Positions 62,279-64,000 of a stretch of 64,000 nt of DNA are shown here, piece after piece (position 1 is the first letter of the stretch; each line of letters starts with the position of its first letter). A program made the position numbers and the translations under genes. The DNA comes from Anthoceros angustus (taxonomy: Eukaryota; Plantae; Anthocerotophyta). The notes beneath the pieces are model-generated. The model was not told the origin of the DNA. It was given only the letters and a program-made list of their open reading frames with translations, and searched no databases. The DNA lies in contig MU008203.1 in NCBI GenBank assembly GCA_010909165.1, positions 378,765 to 442,764 of the forward strand, read 5' to 3'.

Positions 62279-63934
62279 CCTGGCTCGACTTCGGCCAGCC
62301 AGCCAGCGCGCACAATCCGTGTCGTTGTAGCAAGGGTCGCGTTGCCAAGACAATGATAGGCTCCGTTTGCACGTTTTCAACGATTCTCACCTCAACGTAG
62401 TGGCCGTAGCCGGACTCAAGCCGCGTTCGCGATTTCGACTAACTACTCTTAACGTTCACGAAAACGGGCCGGCGTGGCCAAACATTTAAGAGACTACGTT
62501 GCGTCCGTATCCTACCTCGTCCCTCGTCCGTCTAGTCCGTTCTCCTCACCACTCTCACTACGCTCATCGTTCCTTGGGGGAAGAATGGGTGGGTTGCGTG
62601 GTCCGGACCTCCTTCGTCGTTCGCCGCCTCTCGTCAAGACTCTACACACCCTCCCGAAGTTCCTCTGGCTCACGCGTTCCGGTCCGTCCAACGTCGGTCC
62701 GTTGCTGTGGAAGAGCAAGGGTCTCTGATCGTTCGCCCCTGCACACACCACCACACGTTGTAGTCACGGGACCTTGATCAATCTCTCGGGTTGTCATGCC
62801 ATTGATGACTCGGGACTCACGTTAGCAGCATAGGGTCTACAAGAAGCCAGTATCCACCCAAGAAAAAGATGCTTTACTAGAGCAGCCCGGCCCTCTTATA
62901 CTAGCGGCGTCTTTATTACACTCTATTACGGTGGTGGCCATTTCGGTGTGCTAACACACTTGCTACTATTTCCCCTATTCCGCCTATCTACGTTGTCGTG
63001 GGTGAGTGAGCTCTTAGTTAGCCTCGGTGCTCGTAATCCCTAGCCACGATAGTGCTGGGGCACCCAATCGGATGATCGCGGCCTTCCCTTCCGAGACTGC
63101 ATGTTGACCGCCGGCGGCCCGACAACGGTCACCACCAAGTCCTCCTCTCCTTCCTCTCTTGCCTCACTTGTGAGCCCTTGCTCTGCAGGTCCCAGAGGTT
63201 GTTCCACCGGAGCAGGCCGGTGGTGATTTCCCTCCCGAGTTTGGACCTCGGGGTCCAGCCTCGACTCTAGAGTGGACCTCGGTGGGCCGCCCAGGTCCGG
63301 ACCTCGGGGTCGATCTCGACTAAGGTCGGACCTCAAGGTCCCACTTTCGGAGTTCGGACCTCGGGGTCCGTCTCAACGAGTCCTTGGACTTCTCGCCGTG
63401 GACTTCCGGGTCCTCCTCCATAGGACCCTCCGTTGTCCCAAGTCCTCGGGACTTCTCTATAGCCCCTCGGGGCCCTCCTCCTTCCTTAGTAGTGGGGTGC
63501 AGTGCCTCGACCTCGGGGTATGCCATGTCCCGCTCCTCCAGTGATCCCTTCCTATTTGGCTGGGAGCGCTCCCAAGGTCCCGGTGGCGTCTTGTCTCCAG
63601 AGGCCTTCATCTCTCCTCCTCCGACTCGTCGGGAGGTCCGCATTCTTGGGGTGACTCCACGACCTCCGGGGCCTTGAGGAGCTCCAGCGTGAGTAGGCAA
63701 AGTCTATCGACTTGTTGAATTGCCTCCTCCACATGAGCCGGGCACCTTATTCCCTCCGGAGGTGCTCGGTGGTTGGCGTCTTGGCTTGGCCGTCTCGTCG
63801 CCCGCCCGAACTCGGGGACTCTCTTGAGGCCGCCAAGGCTGCCTCAGACACCTCCTGCAGCCTCTGCTGGTGCTGCTCCTCCTCTCGCCCGTTGTAGCTC
63901 GACCAACTTGGCCATGACTCGTTGTCCCTCTGCC
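62279..63934 (-). mobile_element. 3' part of a giant LTR-like unit (minus orientation)
   Basis: Degenerate terminus tggctcgac...gcgcgcacaatccgtgtcgttgtag and TATA core cctcttata at 62892-62900. 63660-63930 is the reverse-complement homolog of 33840-34150 (catgtggaggaggcaattcaacaagtcga). Confidence 0.75.
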
Positions 63935-64000
63935 TTAAATCATTTCCGTCCGGATCCATAGCAGCACGATGTCGGGGGCCGATGTGGAGATGCACGAGCC

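Noticed and set aside
1-64000. tRNA, rRNA or snoRNA genes
   Set aside because: No cloverleaf, T-loop context or rRNA-like sequence was recognised by eye. A covariance-model scan was not possible.

Overview
Eukaryotic land-plant nuclear DNA. Very short introns, PLS-PPR genes with a KP-like DYW domain and an RLE-type retroposon suggest a seed-free plant, possibly a hornwort (inference). The assembly looks like an indel-rich draft, with single-N joins at 30637 and 48803. 1-6 kb is a compact gene island: a plastid S1-domain protein (SRRP1-like), an ectodomain-less L-lectin-RLK-type kinase and an Mpv17/PMP22 protein. About 6.6-51 kb is a nested transposon block: two Ty1/copia remnants, a probable MULE, gypsy integrase and chromodomain fragments, a CRE-like RLE non-LTR element beside a TA run, a PPR fragment and unassigned decayed ORFs. 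This block is dominated by at least 8 pieces of one family of very long (~5-6 kb) TGTGG...CCACA LTR-like units that carry their own protein-coding region, the most unusual feature here. 53.9-61.5 kb holds an AMT2-type ammonium transporter, a broken PPR-DYW gene with an internal inversion, and an intronless half of deoxyhypusine synthase, followed by another giant-LTR piece. No tRNA, rRNA or CRISPR array was found. All homology calls are by eye.
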